Assembly: GCA_026396515.1 (NCBI GenBank)
Contig: JAPLWQ010000005.1
Coordinates: forward strand, 8,011-72,010
Source of the DNA: Candidatus Magasanikiibacteriota bacterium
GTDB taxonomy: Bacteria > Patescibacteriota > Patescibacteriia > Magasanikbacterales > GWA2-37-8
Direction: 5' to 3'
DNA length: 64,000 nt
In this document: positions 29,771 to 39,620 of the stretch, one piece after another
Layout of the letters: each line of letters starts with the position of its first letter
How positions within the stretch are numbered: the first letter of the stretch is position 1
Notes under the pieces: model-generated
What the model was told of the DNA's origin: nothing
Seen by the model: the letters and a program-made list of their open reading frames with translations, nothing else
Databases searched by the model: none
Position numbers and translations under genes: made by a program

Positions 29771-31516
29771 TTATTCAACCACTTCCGGTTTGGCGGCAGA
29801 ACCTTGATCATCATCAGTTAGGGCATTGTCAATTATTCCGCGCGTCAAATTAAGCGATTTTCCCACCACATCATCTTTGGCCGAATAGGCTGCGCTTTTT
29901 ATCAGCGCAATTTTTTTGCCGACCTGTGACGAGTTCGGTGTTACCGCCACTTCAAAGTTAAGGCCGATGCTGCCGCCCGCCGGAGCCAGGTTATAGTTCC
30001 AACTCACGATATTGTTTGTTTGGTCGTGTTTCAATTCCGGTCCGATGCTTACACTTTGTTTCCCGGTGAATTCCACGCCATCGCCAAGGGTTAGTTTTAG
30101 TGAATTTTCTGCGATTGCGTTTACTCCGTTTGATATCTCAACCAATATCCAATATTTTGTGGTTTCGCCGACCGTCGGTGGTAGCGGCCCCCGGCCAAGC
30201 TGATCGCCGTCATTGGTGTAATATACCGGGCGAATATTCCAGCTTATCTGCGTGGACAGCGGAAGCCGGGCGGTTTCACCGCTTTCAACAACAAATTTTT
30301 GTCCGGGGACATCACTTAACTCAGCCTCGGCTTTTATTTTTATTTCCAATTGAGTTTGTCCTTCTGTCTTGAAAAACGACAAAAGTTTTACATTTATTAC
30401 AAATTCATCAGAACTGCCCGGCGATCCGTCTGTTAAAGCGGTTCGGGTTTTTTTATCCGCAATCAGATCATTGCCCTCGACTGTCATATTATTCGCTCTG
30501 GCTGTTGCTTTCAGATCAACTATGCCAGGTGTTGGTGTGATGCGTAAACGAATATTCTTGAGTGAGTATGCGCTGGAGTTATTCCAATATACTCGAATAG
30601 GTAAAGTGTCTCCGCCGTCGGCAAATGCCATCTGTTCTGTAAGCCGAATCCCGCTTTTCATTTCAGGATAGAAAACAGCCAGTTTTTTTTCTAAAGCAAC
30701 TTGTTTTATCGGTGTATTATTTACCATTACCGATATTTCGAAGTTCTCTGTGTATTCTCCGGATTTATCAGGAGCTGTGAGAGCTCCGGCGATAGCCTTG
30801 GTTTCACCCGGTGTAAGATAAATGTTTTTTAATAATTTTTCATCAGCGAACTTACTGCCCACAGGCGGTTCAATAAAAATATTTTCCAGCGGTTTTGAGC
30901 CGGTATTTTTCAGGATAATGTTAACCGGCAATTCTCGTCCTGGGAATGAAGTGCTGGCCATGGAAAGTTCGGCCTCAAGAACCGAACCGGCCGGCCTGAA
31001 AAGTGCCGATCCGGTTTTCTGGTCCTTTGCGTTTGCTCCATCCGGCAGGTAGGTTAGAAAAGCGGATACTTTTTCTTCTTTGTTTGGTTCGCCATATATG
31101 GTGCCATAAATTTCCACCTGACCCGCTCCCCCTGTCTCAATTTTTCCAAGATTAAAAGTGGAGTTGGCCGAAAAGATACTTTCAGGCGTCTTGATCCTGT
31201 CAATTACAAATCCGGGCGGCATGTGTACTCCCATAACCGCTTGATCTAAATTCTTTTTGCTTCTATTTTTGAAGTTAATGGTTAAATGAATTTCATCTCC
31301 GCTTTCTATGCGTTCAGAGCCAAAGGAAAAAGTAAGATCTATTTGGCCGGCGATTGAAGGTTTCCAGAAAAAAAAGAATATGCTTGCGATAAGCATGACA
31401 AATGCCATGCCGAGAAGGGCTAAATCAAAAACAAACAGCTTTTTAGCGTGGCGGTATATTCCGTGATAGCGCTTGTGATAGTGCGCGTGAAAAAATTTGT
31501 AAATTGCTTTAAACAT
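29771..31516 (-). CDS. Membrane-anchored protein with Ig-like beta-sandwich domains
   Basis: N-terminal TM helix followed by beta-rich repeats. Confidence 0.55.
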   Translation of the reverse strand: MFKAIYKFFHAHYHKRYHGIYRHAKKLFVFDLALLGMAFVMLIASIFFFFWKPSIAGQIDLTFSFGSERIESGDEIHLTINFKNRSKKNLDQAVMGVHMPPGFVIDRIKTPESIFSANSTFNLGKIETGGAGQVEIYGTIYGEPNKEEKVSAFLTYLPDGANAKDQKTGSALFRPAGSVLEAELSMASTSFPGRELPVNIILKNTGSKPLENIFIEPPVGSKFADEKLLKNIYLTPGETKAIAGALTAPDKSGEYTENFEISVMVNNTPIKQVALEKKLAVFYPEMKSGIRLTEQMAFADGGDTLPIRVYWNNSSAYSLKNIRLRITPTPGIVDLKATARANNMTVEGNDLIADKKTRTALTDGSPGSSDEFVINVKLLSFFKTEGQTQLEIKIKAEAELSDVPGQKFVVESGETARLPLSTQISWNIRPVYYTNDGDQLGRGPLPPTVGETTKYWILVEISNGVNAIAENSLKLTLGDGVEFTGKQSVSIGPELKHDQTNNIVSWNYNLAPAGGSIGLNFEVAVTPNSSQVGKKIALIKSAAYSAKDDVVGKSLNLTRGIIDNALTDDDQGSAAKPEVVE

Positions 31517-31675
31517 ACCCGGTATATCAGCTAATGTAGGTTTGGATTTAAGATTGTAAAAAATGACATATTCTGCCCAAAAATTCCATGAAAATCCGAA
31601 GCTGTATTACTGGGCACAAGTCAATTATATCATCAAAAATTGCCAAAAACAAATAATCCCCGAAAAAGGGGATTA

Positions 31676-32011
31676 TTAATTACTCACATTCTTCGGAGCC
31701 GGTTCTATTGGCCTATTTTTGATAGTTTTCGGATTTGGGCTGTAAAGAGGGTTCCGTATGCGCCATCTTTCCACATATTGGCCGATTCCGCGTTCTGCCA
31801 GCTTATTTCTGACCGTAGTATGCCTCTGTGACCACTTGACAAGACTTTCAAAGTTGATTTTATAACGGCCGGCTACCACAGCATAAGTAACTTCCTGATT
31901 AGCAATGGCGCGCCTAACCGTAAGGGAACTAACGCCGAAAAGCTTAGCCGCTTCAGATACTGAAAGCCGGATTAGCTCTTTTTGGGTCTTATTGTCAGTT
32001 TGTTCAACCAT
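31676..32011 (-). CDS. Excisionase/MerR-like helix-turn-helix DNA-binding protein
   Basis: LSVSEAAKLFGVSSLTVRRAI...GRYKI. Confidence 0.75.
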   Translation of the reverse strand: MVEQTDNKTQKELIRLSVSEAAKLFGVSSLTVRRAIANQEVTYAVVAGRYKINFESLVKWSQRHTTVRNKLAERGIGQYVERWRIRNPLYSPNPKTIKNRPIEPAPKNVSN

Positions 32012-32031
32012 ATTTCTCTTTTGGGCTAAAA

Positions 32032-32244
32032 TTTGTGTACGCTAGTGTATACAAATCATAGCAAATAGGTTGGTTTTGTCAAGGGTAGGGGAGAGATAAT
32101 AGAAATTTTTTGGTATTTCATCATATACAGCTATCTGTTTGTGTACGCTAGTGTATACAAAATTTATATAGGTTTGCTAAAATTAGCCATTATTGTTATG
32201 TCGCTTTACATCTATTTTTGTGTACGCTAGCGTACACAAAAATA
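32032..32244. promoter_or_regulatory. Three 24-bp palindromic operator-like sites
   Basis: TTTGTGTACGCTAGYGTAYACAAA at 32032, 32138 and 32217. Confidence 0.75.
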
Positions 32245-32452
32245 TGTCTTGTATTTTTTGATTTATAACGAACGATGGTGCAAATCGAAATCATAATTTA
32301 GAGAGATATTTTAGAAATATTTCTTTATATAATGCACACATCCATTATTTGACACAGGCCCATATGGCTGTTATCATTATATCTATCTCATTCTTGTTTT
32401 GGCCGGTGAAACGGTCATTTTTAATAGAACAAGAAAGACGCCGTTTGCGAAG

Positions 32453-32480
32453 TGTAACAATTATTAACTTTATTCGTCTA
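32453..32480 (+). promoter_or_regulatory. ECF-sigma-type promoter (likely autoregulatory, leaderless)
   Basis: TGTAAC-N16-CGTCTA, ending 5 nt before the sigma ATG. Confidence 0.6.
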
Positions 32481-32485
32481 CTAAG

Positions 32486-33040
32486 ATGCCAGGTAAATTA
32501 AGCGAAAAAATACTGCTTTACCGGTTGCAGACGAAGCAAGATCCTGAAGCTTTTACCGAACTATACGACTCATATGTAAAACGAATTTACCGCTTCGTTT
32601 TTTTTAAGGTACCCGGGCACGAAGAGGCGGAAGACATTACATCCGAGGTATTTTTAAAAGTTTGGAATCACATTGCGGAAAACAAAGAAATAAAAAGTTT
32701 TAGCGGCCTTCTGTATCGGGTTGCCAGAAATTGTATCATTGATCTTTACCGCTCAAAGTCATATCAGCCAAATCCATTGTTGCTTTCCGAACTGCCCGAG
32801 GGTATTGAACCGAGTGATAAGGGAATTGCAGTAGAGAAAATTTCCGTTTCATCTGAAGCGGAGGAGATGATCAAGGCGATCAAAAAGTTGAAACAAGAAT
32901 ATCAGGAAGTGCTGACGCTAAAATATGTGGACGAATTAAACGTCGACGAAATTGCGGAAATAACAGGTAAAGGACAAATTGCAGTGCGGGTGACTCTACA
33001 CCGGGCGATGAAGAAATTAAAAATAATGGTGGAAAAATAA
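32486..33040 (+). CDS. ECF RNA polymerase sigma factor
   Basis: AFTELY..AEDITSEVFLKVW..RVARN..EIAEI..VRVTLHRA. Confidence 0.92.
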   Translation: MPGKLSEKILLYRLQTKQDPEAFTELYDSYVKRIYRFVFFKVPGHEEAEDITSEVFLKVWNHIAENKEIKSFSGLLYRVARNCIIDLYRSKSYQPNPLLLSELPEGIEPSDKGIAVEKISVSSEAEEMIKAIKKLKQEYQEVLTLKYVDELNVDEIAEITGKGQIAVRVTLHRAMKKLKIMVEK

Positions 33041-33043
33041 TTT

Positions 33044-34360
33044 ATGTCGCGCGATCTGAAAGAACAACTCAAAAATCTGAAACACTCCGAAGTGAGTCCG
33101 AGACCCGAGTGGCTAAGCGCCAGTCGGGCGAGTTTGCTGTCTCAGATCAGGAATACGATTCCGGCGGAAAAGCCAAATGTGCTGGACAGCGTCTGGCGCG
33201 GCATGGCAATATTTTTACCGCAGAAGTTTGTATATAATGTTGTGCGACCGGTGGCTATCCTATTGATCGTAGCCATGGTCGGCACCAGCGGCTGGATCGC
33301 TACAGTGGATGCTTCCTATGAAGCTCTGCCGGGCGATTGGCTGTATCCGGCCAAACGGGCAATGGAAAAAACGCAGGTTACCGCCGCCTCTATTATGGGT
33401 GCGAAAAACACCGAGACAAAATTGCATGCCGAATTTGCCAAGCGCCGCGCCGCTGAAATTAAAAAAGTGGTGCAGAGTGATGATCCGGACAAACAGGCCA
33501 AGGTCACGGAGACAGTAGGCGATTTAAAAATGGAAATGAAATCCGTAGACACCAAGCTTGAAGCAATGAAAACCTCAAATGAAACCGGTGATACGGAAAC
33601 AGCAAAAGAAATTCAAAAAAATTCCGAACAAATTAAAACTGTGCTTAAAGAAGTAAAAGACGATTTGAGCATTAGCACCTCTACCGAAGAAAAAGCGATG
33701 GCAAAAGAAATCGGCGAAGCCAAGGATATGGCCAAAGATACTTCCGTGAAAGCGGTCGAGGCTTTGGTTGCCAATCATCTTTCCGGCGGCGCTACCACGG
33801 CTGATGAGGTAAAAGAAGCAATCGGGAAAACTATGCAGAGCGTGGTGAATGATATGGCGGAAACAAAACAAAATGTTGAAACAATGAAAAATGCCGTTGA
33901 AGCGGTGACTGATGTGAAAAATAGCATTTCTTCAACCACACCGGAAGCATCAGCGGTGATAGATAATGTGGCTGAAAAAACCGCCGCGGCCGTGGTTAAA
34001 ACAACTGAAGCGGGGGTTGAAATGGATAAAAAGGTAAGCGAGACAAACAGTTTAATGCAAAGCGGAAATTTGTCTGACGCGGTTAGTATGATGAAAGAAG
34101 CCAGTGAAACCACCAAGGCAGCGGAAAAGATTCAGGATACGGCCATCATCTCGGCGCAGCAGGTTTTGCCAACGCCGGTCATTACCTCGGTTAAAGAACA
34201 GGTAATTGAAGCGTCGCAAAATGTCAGCTCAACCGAGATAAAAATGATTGCCACCACTACTGTGCAAGCTATTGAGCCGGGTAAATTGCCGGTGACAGTG
34301 ATTGTGACAACCACGGCAGTAAAGCCGGCCACCACCAGCGTGACAACAATTAAAAAATAA
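33044..34360 (+). CDS. Putative anti-sigma factor (DUF5667-like), single TM
   Basis: Follows the sigma gene; TM then ALPGDWLYPAKRAME; coiled-coil ectodomain. Confidence 0.7.
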   Translation: MSRDLKEQLKNLKHSEVSPRPEWLSASRASLLSQIRNTIPAEKPNVLDSVWRGMAIFLPQKFVYNVVRPVAILLIVAMVGTSGWIATVDASYEALPGDWLYPAKRAMEKTQVTAASIMGAKNTETKLHAEFAKRRAAEIKKVVQSDDPDKQAKVTETVGDLKMEMKSVDTKLEAMKTSNETGDTETAKEIQKNSEQIKTVLKEVKDDLSISTSTEEKAMAKEIGEAKDMAKDTSVKAVEALVANHLSGGATTADEVKEAIGKTMQSVVNDMAETKQNVETMKNAVEAVTDVKNSISSTTPEASAVIDNVAEKTAAAVVKTTEAGVEMDKKVSETNSLMQSGNLSDAVSMMKEASETTKAAEKIQDTAIISAQQVLPTPVITSVKEQVIEASQNVSSTEIKMIATTTVQAIEPGKLPVTVIVTTTAVKPATTSVTTIKK

Positions 34361-34371
34361 ATAAATCGCCG

Positions 34372-34408
34372 CCCTCTCCTTTTTAAGGAGAGGGAAGGGG
34401 TGAGGTAA
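34372..34408 (-). repeat. CCTCACCCC..CCCTCTCCTT..AAGGAGAGGG REP-like palindrome, copy 1
   Basis: Reverse-orientation match to 44102-44138. Confidence 0.7.
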
Positions 34409-34710
34409 GGAATATAGATTTTATCTCTCCGCGTGAACGCAATCGCTTGTGTTTATGCGGAGAGAGGAAATATTTGTTTATTAGCGAAGCGCAGTGAAGA
34501 AATGAATGAATTTGTCTTTCATTTCAGAGCCAGCAAGCTAATACACAATGAAATTGTTTATTAGGTCTTTGCCAAAAGTCGAGGGACCATACGGTCTCGT
34601 AAAGATCATTGTACGGCAGGAAAGCTTTGGCTAACCTGCTACACCCTATTTTCTTTGACGCTCTGGCTTATGCCGGGGTGCGCAACAGAGTAGGGTATAT
34701 ATCATTAATT

Positions 34711-37700
34711 ATGTACAACGTTATCAAGAGAGCTTTCACTTTCAGCGTTGTTGCCACGACCATGATGTGGTCGATCGGCGTTGCCGCTTTGATCCCGTCT
34801 GTGGCTCAAGGTGCAACTTGTCCGACATTGGCAGCTGGTGACATGATAAAAGTCACCGGCAAGGCGGCTATTTATTCCGTCAACAATGATTTGAAAGTTT
34901 TGTATTTCCCTTCCGGTGATGAATTCAAGTCATGGAGACCGACCTATGGTGGTTATACCTCCATCACTCAGGCCTGCTTTGATTCTCTTAGCGTGCCGAG
35001 CACCTATCCAGGTGGCGTGAACTATCATCCTGGTTCTTACCTCGTGAAGCGTCCGTCTTCCGACCAGCTTTATGTTGTCCTCCCGGGCAACAGCCTGTCG
35101 AAGATTGACACAGCTGTGGCGACATCTCTTTACGGCACCTCCACCTATACCGGTGGTGTTGGCGCAAAAGTGATGACCGTCGCAGATACTTTCTGGCCGC
35201 ATTATGTTTATCGCGGTGCAGATATTACCACTGTTAAAGCGCATCCGGGCATGCTGGTCAAAGTGAGCGGCATTACCTATTTAGTAGATGCGGATAACAA
35301 ACTGCGCGAAGTTACAACCACTGGCTTTACTGCCAATGGTTTCCAGGAGAGATTTGTTCGCACTGTTACCGCTGATGCAATTTCTGGTTTGGCCACTGGC
35401 ACAACCATTAATGCAGAAGTTTTATCTTTAACTGATAAAACACAGAGCGGCGGCGTGACTCCTTCTCCGATTTCATCCGGCAATGTGACTGTGGCTTTAG
35501 CCGCATCCACTCCGGGCGCGCAGGATATTCCGGAAAACGCTTCTGTTGAATTCTTGAAGCTTACCCTTACCAACACCGGTTCAACCGATGCCAGCTTAAC
35601 TGGTATCAAATTGTCCGCCTATGGTTTGGGTGATGCCTCTCAAATTGATCAGGTGAGCGTGTACAGCAATAATCAGCGCTATGGCAATGCCAAAGACGTT
35701 GATTCCAACAAACAAGCTCAAATTAACTTCACCACATCTCTGACGATTGCCAAAGGCGCAACTGAGACCCTGGTTGTTAAAGCCCAGGTCACAGGCACTG
35801 GTCATTACGCATTGGGCGTGGCCGCTGCAGCCGATGTTTTGGGCGTGACTGCCGGAGGCAGTTTCCCGATTCAGGGCAATACCATGAGTGGCGTTGCAGT
35901 AGCAGTTGGTCAGCTTACAATTGAAAACGATGGCACCACCTTGGCCTCCATTAATCTTGGCGACAAGGCTGCTACCATTGCCAAATTCAAAGTTACCAAC
36001 GACAACGTGGAAGATATCTCCTTCAAGAGTATTAACTTGAAGCGCGATTCCGCCAGCACTGCTAATGACACTGCGGTGGAAAATCTGAAGTTGTATGTTG
36101 ACGGCGCTGAAGTGGCATCCGCTTCGGCGATTGTCGGAAAATATGTTTCCTTCACCCTCACTTCTCCGATTACCATCCTTAAAAATGGTATGAAGAGATT
36201 CACTGTTAAAGGTGACGCGGTTGACGGAGCTGGCAAATTCATCAAATTGATGCTTGACGCCAATTCCGATGTTTCAGCCATTGGTTCGCACTATGGCTTC
36301 TCAGCCATTATTGTGAACACCTTTACTGGCGCTGATTTAACCATCAATGCCGGCGCGGTGAGTATCGAGAAGATTAATGCCGCCAACACGAAATTGTTGA
36401 AGAGCACTACCGATGTTGAGTTTGGCACCTTCAAGATTACCGCCAACAGTGGAAAAACCGTTGAGCTTTCAACTTTGAAACTCAAAGTTGTTTCCGTCAA
36501 CGATGCGGTTGGCGCACAGTTTGAGACATTTGAGATCTTCGACAAATACAACAACACTGTATATGACATGACCTCAACAACCGGTGACGGTGTTTACAAG
36601 AACACCAGCATGGGCTTGATTTTGAACAGCGGTATTACCCACGAACTCGTGGTCCGCGCCGATATCAAATCCACTGCGACCAACGGTGATTACACAGTGT
36701 CCATTTTAGATGCCGCCGGTGGTGATGTGGTCTTGAAAGAGACCGGCAATGATACTCTTATCACTGACATCACTCCGAATTCCGTATCTTTGAACAAGGT
36801 GCAAGTTGAAGGCGCTACTGCGACTTTCTCCTTGAATGCCTTGTCCGCCGCATATAGCGCGGTGGTTGGTTCTTCTGACCACGAGCTGTTGACCTTCAAC
36901 ATCAAAGCGGGTCAGGCCGGCCAGATCAAGGTAACCGAGTTGAAATTCTTGGATTCCTTGAGCACCTCTACCAAGTATGTTGTCTCCGAATTCAAGCTCT
37001 ACAAGGGCACTGATTTGGTGAAGACCGTTTCCGGTTCTCAACTGACAACAGCTTATGAGATCGCTTTCACTGATTTGATGCAGACCATTGAACCGAATGA
37101 GTCCATCAAATACACATTGAAAGCATCTCTCGTCAATGACAGCAACAACGGAACCAAACAGATGCGCTGGCGCTTGAGTGGTTACTCTGCAGAAGAGACC
37201 AACAAGGGCACAGTCGTCTATGACAGCGTAGCGGATAATACGACACAGGATGGTATTATCAATGGCGCTGAAGTTGGTATGACCAGTTTGAAATCCGCCA
37301 GAACGTTGACTATCGTTGGTTACGGAATGTTGAACGCCGCCGTGGATAACACTGTTACCCTGACCAAGTATGATACTTGGCAACTTGCGGGTACCAATGA
37401 GGTCCCGGTTGCGACCTTCAAATTCCGCGCTGACAATGAGTCGATAAAAGTCACCTCATTCAAGGTGGTCGGCAACTTGACCGAGACCTTGAGCAATAAC
37501 ATTACTGAGCTTGCGTTGTATGATGGCACTTCCAAGGTTGCTTATGCGACCACGATTGGCGCCGTCACCACCACGCTTGACCAGGACTTTATTGTTGACA
37601 GCACTGAAAAGGTTTACACCTTGAAAGCCAGCTTGGCTAAAATTGGTCTCAATGAACCGGGCAATTTAAACGTGTCAACCACATTTAAATTGAACGGTAT

Positions 37701-38382
37701 TGAAGCCGAAGGCGTGAACTCTGGACATACATTGGTTGCCGATGCAAACAATGCATGTATTGCCGGTGAAATCTGCTATGAGAGCGGTACTGTATTAAAT
37801 TACACTTCTGCCTCAAAGCAAGCCGGAATCGTGGCATCCAAAGCTCAAACTGTGAGCTTGGTGTCCAGCTATAGCGGTTATTCATTAGCCACTTCAATCG
37901 TTAGCACTTCATCCGCTAACGCGGCTATTATCGCTATAACTGTTCCAGCCACCAATAACAACAATGCAGATGGTACTACATTAAAGTACAACATCAGCCG
38001 CATTAAAGTGAACGTTGCCAACAACGTAACTTCTTATACGGCCACTCTGCAGAGAATTGGCGGTGTGGATCCTGCCGTTACCAGCTCTGTGAGCGGTGCT
38101 TACACTGAATTTAATACCTCTCACTTTGCCACCACTGACGATGATATTACTCCGGGCGAAACCGCGTATTTCATAGTAAAGATTACGCCGGTCTTCACCG
38201 CGACTCTCGCCGGTGAGAAGTTCATCAAGGTCAACCTTGATAAGCTTGATGGCACTGCAGTCACTAACGATGCCAGTGGTACCAACTTTACTTGGACTGA
38301 TCGCGCCGCAGGTGCGAACAACAAGATATCAATTCGTATGCCGGGTGTTTCTAACATCGATGGCACACAGATTGTGAACTAA
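34711..38382 (+). CDS. Large secreted S-layer-like/Ig-repeat surface protein
   Basis: Signal peptide from ATG 34711; Thr/Ser/Ala/Val-rich beta repeats; codon usage appears biased. Confidence 0.7.
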   Translation: MYNVIKRAFTFSVVATTMMWSIGVAALIPSVAQGATCPTLAAGDMIKVTGKAAIYSVNNDLKVLYFPSGDEFKSWRPTYGGYTSITQACFDSLSVPSTYPGGVNYHPGSYLVKRPSSDQLYVVLPGNSLSKIDTAVATSLYGTSTYTGGVGAKVMTVADTFWPHYVYRGADITTVKAHPGMLVKVSGITYLVDADNKLREVTTTGFTANGFQERFVRTVTADAISGLATGTTINAEVLSLTDKTQSGGVTPSPISSGNVTVALAASTPGAQDIPENASVEFLKLTLTNTGSTDASLTGIKLSAYGLGDASQIDQVSVYSNNQRYGNAKDVDSNKQAQINFTTSLTIAKGATETLVVKAQVTGTGHYALGVAAAADVLGVTAGGSFPIQGNTMSGVAVAVGQLTIENDGTTLASINLGDKAATIAKFKVTNDNVEDISFKSINLKRDSASTANDTAVENLKLYVDGAEVASASAIVGKYVSFTLTSPITILKNGMKRFTVKGDAVDGAGKFIKLMLDANSDVSAIGSHYGFSAIIVNTFTGADLTINAGAVSIEKINAANTKLLKSTTDVEFGTFKITANSGKTVELSTLKLKVVSVNDAVGAQFETFEIFDKYNNTVYDMTSTTGDGVYKNTSMGLILNSGITHELVVRADIKSTATNGDYTVSILDAAGGDVVLKETGNDTLITDITPNSVSLNKVQVEGATATFSLNALSAAYSAVVGSSDHELLTFNIKAGQAGQIKVTELKFLDSLSTSTKYVVSEFKLYKGTDLVKTVSGSQLTTAYEIAFTDLMQTIEPNESIKYTLKASLVNDSNNGTKQMRWRLSGYSAEETNKGTVVYDSVADNTTQDGIINGAEVGMTSLKSARTLTIVGYGMLNAAVDNTVTLTKYDTWQLAGTNEVPVATFKFRADNESIKVTSFKVVGNLTETLSNNITELALYDGTSKVAYATTIGAVTTTLDQDFIVDSTEKVYTLKASLAKIGLNEPGNLNVSTTFKLNGIEAEGVNSGHTLVADANNACIAGEICYESGTVLNYTSASKQAGIVASKAQTVSLVSSYSGYSLATSIVSTSSANAAIIAITVPATNNNNADGTTLKYNISRIKVNVANNVTSYTATLQRIGGVDPAVTSSVSGAYTEFNTSHFATTDDDITPGETAYFIVKITPVFTATLAGEKFIKVNLDKLDGTAVTNDASGTNFTWTDRAAGANNKISIRMPGVSNIDGTQIVN

Positions 38383-38426
38383 TATAGTTCGTTGGTAAAA
38401 GTTTCTCGAAACTCTAAATCGAAAAC

Positions 38427-38458
38427 AAAAACCCCGCCAATGCATTGGCGGGGTTTTT
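38427..38458 (+). terminator. Intrinsic terminator
   Basis: AAAACCCCGCCAATGCATTGGCGGGGTTTTT. Confidence 0.8.
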
Positions 38459-38479
38459 GTTTTATCTACCATTATATTC

Positions 38480-38578
38480 TGTCATCCCGAGTGGAGCGCA
38501 GCGGAGTCGAGGGATCCCTCTCCGGCAATGTTCAAGGGATCCTTCGGCTCACCGCTTTGACGCGGTTCGCTCAGGATA
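38480..38578. repeat. GTCATCCCGAG-type palindromic element
   Basis: TGTCATCCCGAGTGGAGCGCAGCGGAGTCGAGGGATCC...GGATCCTTCGGCTC...CGCTCAGGATA. Confidence 0.65.
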
Positions 38579-38870
38579 AAACCGAATCGTCTGTGGACGT
38601 TTTGGTTTTAGTTATCCACAGGTGAAAGGAAAAATTTTCTAAATAATTGTGCTATAATATTTACATTGAAGGAGGAGGGGGAGAAACAATCCTTTAGAGT
38701 GGGATTGTTTTTTATTTAAAAAATTTCATTGATGTATCTTGAATAAAAAAATTGTCAAATTTTTTTACGTTCCATTATCAACCGGCGCGTTAGATAAATA
38801 GGTGCTCCATTATGGCTAAAATAAGCCAAAAATTACCCATATACACATAGGTGAAAAAGAGGTATAATAT

Positions 38871-39034
38871 AGATGTTTCTGACAAGCGGCAAAAACTGTT
38901 CTACAAAACAACATGTGTCGGTTCGCCAACATTTGCTAAGCCCGTGGGTTTAGCGTGAGGCTTACCACTTAGGGCTCGTTGCTTTGCAGCGGCCCATACA
39001 TTCAGGGACATGTTGAGCCCTTATCAGAAACTCT
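38871..39034 (+). ncRNA. Candidate structured ncRNA of about 160 nt, family unassigned
   Basis: TATAAT upstream; ends pair with each other; inner stem plus hairpins; terminator at 39035-39064. Confidence 0.5.
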
Positions 39035-39088
39035 AAAAAACCCAGCTGTGAGCGGGGTTTTTTAATTGCAAATAAATTGTAGATGCTG

Positions 39089-39619
39089 TTATTCAATGCA
39101 GCAATCAATCGCTTTTTTTACCAGCGCGCCGAGCTTGCCGAGAAATCCTTTTTTTTCAGTATCGTGCCGGTTCATTGCTCCGTCATCAATTTTTTTTACA
39201 TCGTCGGTTTTTATCAGTTTCATGTTGATGCCCCAGAATAGGGAATAGAGGTCAAATGATTTTTTAAATAAATCCTCGGCCTCTTCTTTGTTTCCCATTT
39301 TGTGTTGTTTGGTGCCTACTTCCATTAGGCGCATTGAAGCGGCGAGCAAGTGTTTGGAAATGCACCAGACCTCGCCTTCGTATTCCTTGATTATTTTTTT
39401 GAGTAATTCACCGCGCATTTTCCGCACTTCCTGAAGCAGATCATAATATTCGCTCTTGCCGGTTTTTTGAGCCGTAAAGAAAAAATGTTCCTCAATGCTC
39501 ACCAGGTTCATAATGGCGATGGAGAGATCCTGGTCTGAAGACAAATCCATTTTGTCCTGCTTTTTCATTTGGTCAACCTTGTCCACCAATTCCTGATAGT
39601 TATTCAATTCGTTTGGCAT
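39089..39619 (-). CDS. Hypothetical helical protein with C-terminal CCIE
   Basis: ORF; ATG 39619 preferred. Confidence 0.6.
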   Translation of the reverse strand: MPNELNNYQELVDKVDQMKKQDKMDLSSDQDLSIAIMNLVSIEEHFFFTAQKTGKSEYYDLLQEVRKMRGELLKKIIKEYEGEVWCISKHLLAASMRLMEVGTKQHKMGNKEEAEDLFKKSFDLYSLFWGINMKLIKTDDVKKIDDGAMNRHDTEKKGFLGKLGALVKKAIDCCIE

Positions 39620-39620
39620 A

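Noticed and set aside
32032-32240. CRISPR array
   Set aside because: Only three repeats, with unequal long gaps (82 and 55 bp) and no cas genes.
36706-37383. 225-aa antisense ORF (and similar ones opposite glyA, cysS and pyrH)
   Set aside because: Antisense shadows of well-supported genes with biased codon usage.
38590-38622. DnaA box (TTATCCACA) suggesting oriC
   Set aside because: One perfect box plus a partial one; no cluster and no dnaA/dnaN nearby.
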